Virus record (IMG/VR): IMGVR_UViG_3300030376_004713
Coordinates: 1 to 31,777 of that record
Origin: a virus
Lineage: Duplodnaviria > Caudoviricetes
Length of the DNA stretch: 31,777 nt
Strand: one strand, 5' to 3'
Shown: in pieces, positions 6,781 through 16,500 of the stretch
Numbering within the stretch: position 1 is the first letter of the stretch
How the letters are laid out: every line of letters starts with the position of its first letter
The notes under the pieces: generated by a model
Databases searched by the model: none
What the model was told of the DNA's origin: nothing
Seen by the model: the letters and a program-made list of their open reading frames with translations, nothing else
Made by a program: the position numbers and the translations under genes

Positions 6781-6935
6781 AAAAGTCAAGAGGATTAGGT
6801 GACTCAATTGAAAAAATCACAAAAAAAACAGGTGTTAAAACAATGGTAGATGTAATCTCAAAAGGATTAAATGTACCTTGCGGTTGCGAGGGAAGACGTG
6901 ACGCCTTAAATACAATATTCCCTTATAAAAAATAA
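6777..6935 (+). CDS. 52-aa protein with GLGD...CGC..RR..LN..FPY motif (not in ORF track)
   Basis: Translated by hand: MKKSRGLGDSIEKITKKTGVKTMVDVISKGLNVPCGCEGRRDALNTIFPYKK; ATGA overlap with the upstream gene. Confidence 0.8.
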   Translation: MKKSRGLGDSIEKITKKTGVKTMVDVISKGLNVPCGCEGRRDALNTIFPYKK

Positions 6936-6939
6936 ATTT

Positions 6940-7134
6940 ATGAATTTTACATTAATAATAATAGCAGCTGTAGTTGTTATAATAGGTCTTATTGTTTTTT
7001 CTATTTGGTTAAATAAAAAAGGAATCACTAAAGACGATAACGATAATTACATACCAGATGTTCTTGAAGATAAAGTAAAGAATGTTAAAACTAAGGTTAA
7101 GGACATTAAGAATATAGTTAAAAAGAAAAAGTAA
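6940..7134 (+). CDS. Small N-terminally anchored membrane protein (64 aa)
   Basis: Long hydrophobic N-terminus, DDNDNYIPD acidic loop, basic tail; TAATG-coupled to the holin. Confidence 0.8.
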   Translation: MNFTLIIIAAVVVIIGLIVFSIWLNKKGITKDDNDNYIPDVLEDKVKNVKTKVKDIKNIVKKKK

Positions 7135-7592
7135 TGTCTAAAGACAAGAAAAAGCTTAAAGATACCGCTGTTGGCCGATTTTTGGCTGGAGCGGGATCAA
7201 ATATTATAGGTAGCTTAGGCGAAGTCTTGCCTGATAAAGGTGTATTAGGTTTAGTAAAAAATTTAATTAAAAAAGACCCAGAGTTACCAGCTGAGGATAA
7301 AGAAAAAGCATTAGCTCTGCTACATCAAGATACTGTAGAAATGCAAGAAGTATCAAAAAGATGGCAAGCAGACATGAAGTCAGATTCCTGGCTTTCAAAA
7401 AACACAAGGCCATTGACATTAGTTTTTTTAACTGTTGCAATGGTTTTATTAATATTTATAGACTCAACAGGATTGGATTTTGATGTAGATAGCGGTTGGG
7501 TTGATCTTTTAAAATCACTTCTCATAACGGTATATGTAGCATATTTTGGTTCACGTGGAGCTGAGAAGTTTAAAACAATACAAAACAAATAA
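7134..7592 (+). CDS. Holin, 3TM/GTA-holin-like family (152 aa)
   Basis: RWQADMKSDSWLSKNTRPL, two C-terminal hydrophobic helices, YFGSRGAEK end, typical of this holin family. Confidence 0.75.
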   Translation: MSKDKKKLKDTAVGRFLAGAGSNIIGSLGEVLPDKGVLGLVKNLIKKDPELPAEDKEKALALLHQDTVEMQEVSKRWQADMKSDSWLSKNTRPLTLVFLTVAMVLLIFIDSTGLDFDVDSGWVDLLKSLLITVYVAYFGSRGAEKFKTIQNK

Positions 7593-7595
7593 GAA

Positions 7596-10500
7596 ATGGC
7601 AAAAATAGATTCGTATTCATTAGACACCAGTATAACAGATAACGATAGCGTACTAGGAATAGATTCAGCAAGCGGGGCAACAAAAAGATTTACGATGTCT
7701 AGCATGAAAACATACATCGCTTCCGAAGCTGATATAACTGCTGTAATTGCTGGAACAGGATTATCGGGAGGTGCAACATCTGGGGATGCGACTTTAAATA
7801 TTGATAGCTCAGTTGTAACACTAACGGGTACACAAACGTTAACTAATAAAACTCTTACAACGCCTGTAATATCTTCAATATCAAATACAGGTACTTTAAC
7901 TTTACCAACATCTACGGATACTTTAGTTGGTAGAGCAACAACAGATACACTTACAAATAAAACACTAACGTCACCATCTTTAGGTGATCCAACATTCAAT
8001 ATCACTGAAACAAATATTGCAGACGGAGATAAAATTCTTTTTTTGGATGCAACTGGTTCTTCAGTTACTAAAAAAGAGGGAGTAGATGATTTAGCAGTGT
8101 TATTTGCAGGGGCTGGTTTAACAGCAGCAAACGCAGCATTAGCAGTAGGTGCAGGAACAGGTATAACTGTAAACGCAAATGATATAGCAGCTGCAGCAGC
8201 GCAAACGAGCATAACAAGTATTTATAATTCAAATTTAGCTTTAGGGCATGGCTCTTCGCATGCTAATATAGATTTTAGTACAGATAACAGTATTATATTT
8301 GATATTGACGGAACTTCGCAAGTTCAATTAGATGACGGAGTATTTAAGCCAACAACAGACTCCGACGTTGATTTAGGAACGTCTAGTTTGTATTTTAAGA
8401 ACGCTTATATAGATTCTATCACAACAACAGGTAATGTGAGTATAGGTGGAACCTTAAGCGTTTCTGGTAATAACTTTTCAAATGTAGCAGATATAGGACT
8501 AGATAGTATATCAGCGGCAACTAATGATATAAATATTGCTTTAACAGATAATAGAGCAAATGCATTAACTATAAAGCAAGGAAGTGATGCGTATATGATA
8601 TTTGATACCGCTAATTCAAGTGAATCAATATCAATTGGTACTGGATTAAGCGGAACAGCAATTACTATAGGACATGGAACATCTGAAACAACAATTGGAG
8701 ATAACTTAGTTGTAACAGGTAATTTAACTGTACAAGGTGATACTACAACAGTTAATACTGCAACATTAAGTGTAGAAGATCCATTAGTAATTGTAGGTAG
8801 TGGAAATAATTCTTCAGATAGTGTTGATTTAGGATTATATGGATTATATGATACATCTGGCTCACAAGATTTATATTCAGGATTATTTAGAGATGCAAGT
8901 GATAGCGGAAAATGGAAATTATTTAAAGATTTACAAACTGAACCAACAACAACAGTAAATACAAGTGGTACAGGATATGCAGTAGGAACACTAGTTGCAA
9001 ACTTAGAAGGAACAGTTACAGGTAATGCAAGTGGATTATCATCTACGTTAGCAGTAGCATCGGGTGGTACTAATGCAACATCATTTGCTGATAAAGCAGT
9101 TATTATATCACAAGATAGTGGTACAGACACATTAACTGGTGTGGCAATGAGTACAAATGGTCAATTATTAATTGGTGGTACGAGCGGACCTGCGGCAGCA
9201 ACTTTAACAGCGGGTAGTAATGTTACTATTACGAATGCAGATAATTCAATTACTTTAGATGTTAGCGCAGCAGGTGATGCTTTCAAAACAATATCTGTAT
9301 CAGGGCAGTCAGATGTGGTAGCAGATGGAACAGCAGATACATTAACATTTGCAGCAGGTACCGGAACAACAATAACAACAAATGCAAGTACTGATACTAT
9401 AACTATAAGTGCGGGAACAAATACAATAGAAGTAGATGAGTTTACAGGAAACGGTAGTACAGCAGCTTATACACTAAGCACAGCGGCTGTTACTGAAAAC
9501 AATTTACTTGTATACATGGATGGTGTTTATCAACATCATAATACATATGCAGTATCAGGAACTACATTAACTTTTGATACAAACGTGCCAAACGGGTCAA
9601 AGGTAGAAGCATTCCACATGAGAACGATTAGTAATACTAATTTAGTACAATCAGCAGTAGCTGGCACATTAATGGATGTTAGTGGGGCAACAGGTGATGT
9701 AACATTTAATGTAGATTTATCTGAAGCAGCAGAAGCAGCAATTGCAGATGGCGATTATATGTTATTTTTAGATGGTGGTGCAACAGGTACAGCTAAGAAA
9801 GAAGCATTAGGGGATATAGCTACGCTTTTTGCAGGTACAGGGCTTACAGCATCTAGCTCAGTTATAAATATGGATGCTGCTCAAACAGGCATTACATCAG
9901 TACTTAATACATCTTTAGTGTTAGGTAGAGATGCAGATAATCAAATTAAATTTGGAACAGACAACCAAATAATATTTGAGGTTAGCGGAGGAGACAATGT
10001 GATATTTAAAGCATCCGGTGAAATTGAAGCTACTACAGTAAATACAACTGGAGCTGCAACAATAGGTGGTAATGGATCATCTGGCGGTGTAACTATAAAC
10101 GATGGATCAATACAAATTAGAACAGGTACAGGTAATGTAGCTGAAATGAGATTTTATTGTGAAACTAGTAATGCACATTATCAAACATTAAAAGCAGCAC
10201 CTCATAGCGCAGGTAGTTCAGCGGCATTAGTTTTACCTACAGCCTCAGGTAATTTAATTGGAACTGGAGATACAGGAACAGTTGCAAGTGGAATGATAGC
10301 AGCAGATGCAATAACCAGTGCTAAGATAGCAGATGATGCGATTGACTCAGAACACTATACTGACGGTAGTGTTGACACGGCACATATAGCTGATTTAAAT
10401 GTAACAACCGCTAAAATAGCAGCAGATGCAATAACTGGCGCGAAAATCGCAGATGATGCAATAGATTCTGAGCATTATGTAGACGGTTCGATTGATACCG

Positions 10501-10895
10501 CACATATTGGGGATAGCCAAGTAACTACAGCTAAAATAGCGGATAATAATATTACACATGATAAATTAGAAAACAGATATACTGTTTTAAGCGCATTAGG
10601 AACTGGCACAAATCAAACATTAGATTTTTCAGCGGCAACTACATTTACAGCTACAATGAATGGTAATGCAACTTTTACTATAACTAATCCAAAACAAGGA
10701 CAAGTCGTAGATTTAATATTAGCAGGAAATCACACACCAACTTTAGCGATGAGTGGCGCTACATTTAATAAAGTGGGGAGTGTAGATTACGATGGTTCTA
10801 CAACAAACCTTATACAAATACTAGTAGCAGATGACGCTTCGAGTGAAATATTTTATTACTCAGTAGCTCCAATAGCATCTGATACAACACCATAA
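7596..10895 (+). CDS. Long tail fibre / stalk protein A (1099 aa)
   Basis: Gly/Thr/Ala/Ser/Asp-rich; TLTNKTLT repeats, an internal duplicated block, 10-aa AITxAKIADD repeats, C-terminal domain shared with 11953..13092. Confidence 0.85.
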   Translation: MAKIDSYSLDTSITDNDSVLGIDSASGATKRFTMSSMKTYIASEADITAVIAGTGLSGGATSGDATLNIDSSVVTLTGTQTLTNKTLTTPVISSISNTGTLTLPTSTDTLVGRATTDTLTNKTLTSPSLGDPTFNITETNIADGDKILFLDATGSSVTKKEGVDDLAVLFAGAGLTAANAALAVGAGTGITVNANDIAAAAAQTSITSIYNSNLALGHGSSHANIDFSTDNSIIFDIDGTSQVQLDDGVFKPTTDSDVDLGTSSLYFKNAYIDSITTTGNVSIGGTLSVSGNNFSNVADIGLDSISAATNDINIALTDNRANALTIKQGSDAYMIFDTANSSESISIGTGLSGTAITIGHGTSETTIGDNLVVTGNLTVQGDTTTVNTATLSVEDPLVIVGSGNNSSDSVDLGLYGLYDTSGSQDLYSGLFRDASDSGKWKLFKDLQTEPTTTVNTSGTGYAVGTLVANLEGTVTGNASGLSSTLAVASGGTNATSFADKAVIISQDSGTDTLTGVAMSTNGQLLIGGTSGPAAATLTAGSNVTITNADNSITLDVSAAGDAFKTISVSGQSDVVADGTADTLTFAAGTGTTITTNASTDTITISAGTNTIEVDEFTGNGSTAAYTLSTAAVTENNLLVYMDGVYQHHNTYAVSGTTLTFDTNVPNGSKVEAFHMRTISNTNLVQSAVAGTLMDVSGATGDVTFNVDLSEAAEAAIADGDYMLFLDGGATGTAKKEALGDIATLFAGTGLTASSSVINMDAAQTGITSVLNTSLVLGRDADNQIKFGTDNQIIFEVSGGDNVIFKASGEIEATTVNTTGAATIGGNGSSGGVTINDGSIQIRTGTGNVAEMRFYCETSNAHYQTLKAAPHSAGSSAALVLPTASGNLIGTGDTGTVASGMIAADAITSAKIADDAIDSEHYTDGSVDTAHIADLNVTTAKIAADAITGAKIADDAIDSEHYVDGSIDTAHIGDSQVTTAKIADNNITHDKLENRYTVLSALGTGTNQTLDFSAATTFTATMNGNATFTITNPKQGQVVDLILAGNHTPTLAMSGATFNKVGSVDYDGSTTNLIQILVADDASSEIFYYSVAPIASDTTP

Positions 10896-10899
10896 TAAT

Positions 10900-11358
10900 A
10901 TGAAAGCAATAGAAATTAACGGAACAATAAAAGTATATAAGAAATTACCTAACTCTTGGAAAGGAGTAATGGGCAACTTTAATAAGCTGTCAGATGAAGA
11001 AATAAAAGAATACGGCTTTTATAATGTTGTAACTCCTGATTATAATTCTAAAGCACAAAAATTATCTGATATATTTTGGGATGAAAATAATGAGATATTT
11101 ACTTATACTGTTAACGATATAGAATTTTCGGAAACAGTAGAAGAGTTAAAAGAAATGCAAATCAATGATTTAAAAAAGAAATTAAATTTAAAGCTTCAAG
11201 AAACAGATTGGTATATTTTAAGAAAAGCAGAAAGAAATATAGATATACCCTTGGAAATAACAGCGGAAAGAAATAATTTATTTGCAGAGCTTGAAACAAA
11301 AGAAAACGAAATAAATGCATTAACAACCAAAGCGGATATTGTAACTTATGAGTTTTAA
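10900..11358 (+). CDS. Tail fibre assembly/adaptor-like protein A (152 aa)
   Basis: Follows the fibre; LQETDWYILRKAE...IP..I...R..L motif typical of phage tail-assembly-chaperone-like domains; paralogue of 13103..13582. Confidence 0.7.
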   Translation: MKAIEINGTIKVYKKLPNSWKGVMGNFNKLSDEEIKEYGFYNVVTPDYNSKAQKLSDIFWDENNEIFTYTVNDIEFSETVEELKEMQINDLKKKLNLKLQETDWYILRKAERNIDIPLEITAERNNLFAELETKENEINALTTKADIVTYEF

Positions 11359-11929
11359 TAAAAGATTAATTAGCACAGGGGCGGCTTCAGGCACAAAAGT
11401 TGTTATGACACAAGGCTCTAGTAATTATTTTGCAATTAATGAAACATCAGCAAGTGGTAAATATTATTGGGAAGTATTATTTCTTAGTTTACAAGGGCAA
11501 GCTTCTAATTATAGTACAATGATGTGTGGTTTATATACATCTGGTTATGTAGGTAACTGGTCATTAACAAGAAGTAGAAGTTATTATTCATCACAAGGAC
11601 AAAGGTATAAGGGAACAACATCATATAATTATGGTGCAAGTTATGGGGAAGGAGATATAGTAGGGGTGGCTTTTAATGGTGATGATGATGAAATAACATT
11701 TTACAAAAATGGATCAAGTCAAGGTTTAGCTTTTAGTGGTACTGAAGGGGATAGTAATTTTGGTATTCAACTATCTACTGGATTGTATGGTTATGATGCA
11801 AGAATATTATTAGGTTCTGATGAGTGGACTTATTCAGCACCTTCGGGATTTGGTCAATGGGACGACGCAAAAACTGCATACGAAAATGATGATATAACAA
11901 CAAGTGGAAGCTCTAAACAAGTAGGGTAA
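11348..11929 (+). CDS. SPRY/B30.2-like (concanavalin fold) putative receptor-binding tip protein (193 aa)
   Basis: SGKYYWEV, GDIVGVAF, ITFYKNGSSQGLAF, YSAPSGF motifs; N-terminus MSFNKRLI shared with 13587. Confidence 0.75.
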   Translation: MSFNKRLISTGAASGTKVVMTQGSSNYFAINETSASGKYYWEVLFLSLQGQASNYSTMMCGLYTSGYVGNWSLTRSRSYYSSQGQRYKGTTSYNYGASYGEGDIVGVAFNGDDDEITFYKNGSSQGLAFSGTEGDSNFGIQLSTGLYGYDARILLGSDEWTYSAPSGFGQWDDAKTAYENDDITTSGSSKQVG

Positions 11930-11952
11930 AAAAAAAAATAAACAATTAATAA

Positions 11953-13092
11953 ATGGCAACAACAAAAGTAACAGCTAACGTATTAGCGGACAATTCAGTA
12001 ACACAAGCAAAGCTTGCAGACGACGCAGTAGGTGCAGATGAGTTAGCAGCTAGTGCGGTTGTAACAGCTTCAATAGTAGATGATGCGGTAACAGCGGCAA
12101 AACTAGCGGCAAATGCTGTAGTAAATGCATCGATAGCGTCAGGAGCAGCTATAGATATGGATAAGCTTGATGGTGATTCACTTGCAAGCGCTATAACTGA
12201 CTTTGCACAAGATGATCTTGTAATACTATCAGACACCTCAGATTCAGGTAATCTTGTTAAAATAACAACTTCAAATTTTGAAGACGCAATATTTGGTAAT
12301 ATATCAGGAGATGCTACAGTTGCAGCGGGAGGAGCTTTAACTATAGCAAATAATGCAATTGAAACTGCTATGATAAATGCGGACGCAATAACAGGAGCAA
12401 AAATTGCAGACGATGCTATAGACTCAGAACATTATACGGATGGGAGTGTTGATACAGCTCATTTAGCAGATGGAGCAATTACAGCCGCTAAGATTGCAGA
12501 TGGCGCTATAGTCGCAGCAGAAATAGCTGATAACGCAGTAACTACAGCAAAAATAAATGCTGATGCGGTTACAGGCGCTAAAATAGCTGATGATGCAATA
12601 AACTCTGAACATTACACTGATGGATCTATTGATACGGCTCATATTGCCGATGACCAAGTAACACAAGCTAAAATAGCGGATGATGCTGTGGGAGCCGATC
12701 AATTAGCGGCTAATGCCGTAGTAACAGCGTCTATAACAGATGATAATGTTACGCATGCTAAATTAGAGCCAAGGTACACAACATTAGTAGCTAAAGGTAC
12801 AGGAACAGACCAAACATTAGATTTTGCAACAGCTACAACGTTTACAGCGACTATGAATGGAAATGCTACCTTTACAATAACAAACCCTAAACAAGGACAG
12901 GTAGTTGATCTTATAGTTTCAGGTAATTATACATTAACACTTGCAATGTCAGGTGCTACATTTAATAAAGTAGGTTCAGTTGATTATGATGGTTCTACAA
13001 CTAATTTAATACAGATTGTTGTTGCTGACGACGCATCAAGTGAAATATTTTATTATTCAGTCGCGCCTATAGCATCAGATACAACACCATAA
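11953..13092 (+). CDS. Tail fibre / stalk protein B (379 aa)
   Basis: Mostly 10-aa (A/S)(V/I)TxAK(I/L)ADD repeats; last 112 aa are 99/112 identical to fibre A. Confidence 0.85.
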   Translation: MATTKVTANVLADNSVTQAKLADDAVGADELAASAVVTASIVDDAVTAAKLAANAVVNASIASGAAIDMDKLDGDSLASAITDFAQDDLVILSDTSDSGNLVKITTSNFEDAIFGNISGDATVAAGGALTIANNAIETAMINADAITGAKIADDAIDSEHYTDGSVDTAHLADGAITAAKIADGAIVAAEIADNAVTTAKINADAVTGAKIADDAINSEHYTDGSIDTAHIADDQVTQAKIADDAVGADQLAANAVVTASITDDNVTHAKLEPRYTTLVAKGTGTDQTLDFATATTFTATMNGNATFTITNPKQGQVVDLIVSGNYTLTLAMSGATFNKVGSVDYDGSTTNLIQIVVADDASSEIFYYSVAPIASDTTP

Positions 13093-13102
13093 TAAATAAT
13101 AT

Positions 13103-13582
13103 ATGAAAGCAGTAAATAATAACGGAAAAATAAAAGTATACGCTTCTGTTCCTAATTCTTTTCAATCGCCTACAGGGGTGCATATGAATGCGCTTAAAAT
13201 GTCGCAAATAGAATTAGAAAACGCGGGAATGTTTGATGTAGTAATCGAAGGTGAGTACGACGAAAGAATCCATAATCTTGGAGAAATATATTTTGATTCA
13301 CAGCAAAGAGTTTATAAAAAAGACTTAGTAGATAAAACATGGGCAGAATCTTTACAAGAATTAAAAAAACAAAAAATAAAACATTTTAAATCATTAGTTA
13401 ATATTAAATTAACTGAAACAGACTGGTACGTTGTTAGAAAAGCTGATAATAATACTGCTGTTCCAAGTGATATAGAAACAACAAGATCAAATTTAAGAAC
13501 ACAATCAACAACTGTTGAAGATGAAATAAATGCTTTAACTGAAAAAAAAGAAGTAGTATTATACGATTTTCCTAATATTTAA
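13103..13582 (+). CDS. Tail fibre assembly/adaptor-like protein B (159 aa)
   Basis: MKAVNNNGKIKVY...LTETDWYVVRKAD...EINALT, paralogue of 10900..11358. Confidence 0.7.
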   Translation: MKAVNNNGKIKVYASVPNSFQSPTGVHMNALKMSQIELENAGMFDVVIEGEYDERIHNLGEIYFDSQQRVYKKDLVDKTWAESLQELKKQKIKHFKSLVNIKLTETDWYVVRKADNNTAVPSDIETTRSNLRTQSTTVEDEINALTEKKEVVLYDFPNI

Positions 13583-13586
13583 TTAA

Positions 13587-16500
13587 ATGAGTTTAAATAA
13601 AAGATTAATTGCTTCAGGTCCCGCTCCATTTGTAGCGAGTGAAAATTTTACTACTGTAACTTGGGAAGGAGATGAGCAGGACGATAGGGAAATTACAGTT
13701 GGATTTAAGCCTGACTTTGTTTGGTTCAAAACAAGAAACCAAAGCAATGACCATAATTTATCTGATTCTACAAGAGGTGCTGCAAAACAAATTCGTCCTA
13801 ATAGAGATATTGCAGAAGTAAGTGCGTCGGATCAAATAAAATCTTTTACCTCAACAGGGTTTACAGTAGGTACATCAGGAGATTCAAATCGCGCAGGAAA
13901 CACTTATGTAGCTTGGTGCTGGAAAGTTGGAGGAGGAACTACAAGTAGTAATACTGATGGAAGTGGTATAACTTCAACAGTTCAATCTAATGCAGATACA
14001 GGAATTTCAATAGTTAAATGGACAGGAACAGCAAATGCTTCACATACCGTTGGGCATGGACTTGGAACGACTCCTGATGTAATAATGTTAAAAGATTATT
14101 CTAATACAAGAAACTGGATGGTTCACGTTTCTGCTGCACCTACTGTAAATCAACCATTTGGTGGAAACCTTGATTTAAATACTACCTTTAATACAAACGC
14201 AGGTACTAATGGAGGGTTTGGAACACCTACTTCTTCAGTTATAACTTTTACAAATGGGAGTGGTTCTGTAAATAACATGAACGCAAGCAGTGCAAATATA
14301 ATTGCTTATTGTTTTTCTGCTGTTTCTGGATTTTCGCATTTTGGATCATATCCTGGTAATGGGAGTAATGATGGTCCTTTTATAGAAACCGGTTTTGAAC
14401 CTGCTTTTTTAATGATAAAAAGAACGGACTCAACAGGAAGTTGGTTTATTTATGATAGTCATAGAAATACAAGTGATCCAAGAACAAAATATGTTCAGGC
14501 AAATACCTCAAATGTTGAAGCTTCTGATTTAATAGGAGTTGACTTTTTATCAAATGGGTTTAAATTATTAGATGATTATTCTCATTTAAATGCCGATGGA
14601 GGTGAATATGTTTATATGGCTTTTGCAGCAGACCCTGATACAACTACTCCAACATTAACAAATAGTTTTAATGCAATAAGATATAGAGGGAATGGTTCAA
14701 CTTTGCCTGTAAGTGGCTTAGGTTTTAAACCTGATTTTATTTGGGCCAAAGCAAGAACTGCAACCAACTCTCATTCTATGTTTGATAATCTTCGAGGTAT
14801 AAATAAAGAATTAAATGCAAATTCAGATGATGCACAAGGTTCATTAGACGATGGTGTTTTATCGTTTGATTCTGATGGTTGGACTATGGGGGATAGAGCA
14901 AATTTAAATCAGAATGATCATGATTTTATTGGCTGGGCATGGAAAGCTGGTGATCAACAAACAATTTTTGGAGGGCCTGCAAGAGCAATATATAAATTTG
15001 AAGATAATACCAATGATGTTACAGGAAATCATAATGCTGTTGGATCAAGCCTTACAGGGTATACTTCAAGCGGAAAATTTAATAAAGCGGCGCAGTTTAA
15101 TGGAAGTGATACATATATAAATCTACCTAATGGCTCTTTCAGATACCCTGAATTAACAGTTTCTGTTTGGGTAAAACCTGCAGGGTCAGGACATAGAAGT
15201 ATTATAGAAAATTATGATTACCAAAGTAGCGCTAGTAAAGGTTTTATTCTTAGAATTGATAATAGTACTGATAAAGCAAGATTTGTAATTTATAATGGTG
15301 ACTGTGATAATCCTTATCCTGACGACACAAGTTGTTCAAATGTTACAGCAGCAGTTTCTTCAAGTGCCATACCTACTAATGCTTATACTCATATTGCTGT
15401 TACAATGAAGCTTGGAGAACTTAAAATGTATATTAATGGAGAATTAGATGTTTCAACAGAAACACAAGGTATAGGCTACCATGCGTCTGCTTCTACAAAT
15501 ATAGGCCGAACAGTACATGCTTTTTCCACAGGGGGTGAAGCTTTTTATAATGGAGAAATTGATCAATTAAGAGTTTATAGCGGATGTGCATCAGACATAG
15601 ATATTACTGCTTTATATGCAGAAACTACGTCTGATAATGATGATTTAACCTTAGGAGAACCCGCTTCTGTTTTAATTAGTGCGAATGCTGCGGCTGGGTT
15701 TTCTATTGTCAAATATAAAGGAGACGGTATTGCAGGTTTACAAGTTCCTCATGGACTATCCGTTGCACCTGATATGATGCTTATAAAAAGTTTAGATACA
15801 GCTTTATATTGGGCTGTGTATCATAAATATAATACTGGAGGGAGTGGTAATGGTCATACTGAAAGATTAAAAATGAATGTTTCTCATTCGACAGCTACTA
15901 CATCTATTTATTGGAATAGCACAGCACCAACCGCAACATATTTTACTGTTGGAACAGATACAGACACAAATACAGCAGGAGAAGAATATATAGCCTACTG
16001 TTTTCACGATGTTTCTTCATACCAAAAATTTGGAAGTTATACCGGTAATGGGAGCAGTACAGGTCCTTCTATAACAACAGGGTTTAAACCGGATTTTATT
16101 TTTATTAAAAGAGCTGATGCAACAGAAGATTATAAAATAATTGATGCTTTAAGAAGTTTTGACAATACAATAGAACCAAACGAAAATATTGCAGAAGAAA
16201 GTGCTAACAATTCAAATTTTACACTTACAAGTACAGGTTTTCAAATAGGAGATACACATGGTGATTTTAATGCAAATAATGGAAAATATGTATATTGGGC
16301 AATAGCTCAAAACGTTCCAGCTAATACAACATTAGCAGATAGTTTTGGTATTGTTGAGTATAGAGGGCTTGGTAATCCTAGGAAAATACAAGGGTTTTCT
16401 TTTAGACCTGATTTTGTGTGGATTAAAAATAGAGATACTGATTTTTCACATTCTATGTTTGACACCGTAAGAGGGGCTGGAGAATATGTGAGGCCTAATA

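Noticed and set aside
7325-9130. Long antisense ORFs (295 aa and 241 aa), and similar ones at 2334, 3303, 4196, 11946, 16997 and 17345
   Set aside because: Shadow frames of Thr/Ala/Gly-rich sense genes; no independent codon shift or start context, unlike the terL +1 ORF.
11928-11938. A11 tract as a phase-variation switch
   Set aside because: Begins in the stop codon and is intergenic; length change would not shift a frame.
10557-13092. Shared fibre ends as a DGR template/variable pair or an invertible shufflon
   Set aside because: Differences are mostly synonymous and not adenine-specific; both copies are in intact same-strand genes; no reverse transcriptase or invertase seen.
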